In this document: positions 63,099 through 64,000 of the stretch, in pieces
Numbering within the stretch: the stretch's first letter is position 1
Layout: each line of letters begins with the position of its first letter
DNA from: the human T2T-CHM13v2.0 reference genome, Homo sapiens
Length of the DNA stretch: 64,000 bases
Strand: one strand, 5' to 3'
Assembly: GCF_009914755.1 (NCBI RefSeq)
Contig: NC_060940.1
The notes under the pieces: model-generated
What the model was told of the DNA's origin: nothing
What the model saw: the letters and a program-made list of their open reading frames with translations, nothing else
The model's database searches: none
Made by a program: the position numbers and the translations under genes

Positions 63099-64000
63099 CT
63101 GGCTGAAGATAAAGCAAATCTGCGGTGACTTAGTCCTCCTGTCATTTCCCATCAGTTCCCCACTCTCCTCCTCTGCCCCTCCACAGTCTCCCATGCAGGC
63201 TGACACCATATGACGGCCTTAATGGAGTCCACCGAGTATTTCAGGTTCTCTCCTGGGCCACTTGAAAGTGGATGTACCCATGGGATTTGCTTTGACCCAG
63301 GAGATGTGCGTGGAAGTGAAGCGTGTCACCTCGAGGCAGAAGAGTTGGGAGCCATTGAGACGGGCCACTCTCTCCTTCATCTCTTAGAGCAGCTGACAGC
63401 TCCCATATGGAGGCTGCTCCTTTATTCTCGTGGCAGGATGAGGGCATGTGGGGCACAGGGCACAGGAGAGCCATGGAGGATGTGCAGCATGGGCAGGAAA
63501 AGAGCCTTCAGTGGTGTACATTTCCATAGTTTGGGGCTGTTTCTTACCTACAGTGATACCTAGCCCATCCTAGCAGGCATGCACCATCTACTCCACACTC
63601 TGTGATGCAGACTAGCCTGCCGTCAGAACACGAACTGGTGGTCAGACACAGGTAGGTTTCAGTTCCAGCTCTGCCTCTTATTGACTGCAACCTCAGGCTT
63701 AACTTTCAGTCTCTGAGCCTCAGTTTCAACTCTGTAAAATGAGGTGGCTATACCATCTCAGGTTGCAGAGAGAATTAAATGAAATATAAGTGCATGTAGA
63801 GCATTGAACCCAGGGCCTGGCACACACAGTGAGTACACAATGTTAGCCAGGTAGCTTCATAATGCATACTGATTGTCAATATTCAGACAATGCAGTAAAG
63901 TGTTACCAAAAATAAAAGTAAACTTATTTGCATATGTATTCTTTCAATCTTTATTTTTAAACAGGGTAAAACTATGCATATTCTTTCATAGCCAGTGTTT

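Overview
Human (hominid) genomic DNA from the chromosome 16p12 segmental-duplication belt, a mosaic of duplicons and very Alu-rich. On the minus strand, right to left: (i) a diverged ACSM1-like terminal exon (63012-63098). (ii) An NPIPB-class 'morpheus'/LCR16a gene, most consistent with NPIPB5. It has two alternative first coding exons in the window (MFCC..., MRVR...), internal exons, a splice-dead NPIPA-type exon and a 2.76-kb last exon built from two coding VNTRs. (iii) Nine 3' exons of otoancorin with an in-frame TAA (Glu>stop), i.e. the OTOAP1 pseudogene. A lone PLA2G10 exon with a stop, two HERV-H LTR7 copies and many Alus lie between NPIPB and OTOAP1. The most striking structure is the NPIPB last exon. 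Its 57/126-nt VNTR is open in two frames and is switched into the second frame by a 19-nt deletion and back by a 13-nt duplication of the same motif. It is followed by a PKRRR-rich 87-nt VNTR that appears to be a tandemly amplified, exonised Alu right arm. Gene and repeat names come from recognising the sequence, not from database searches.
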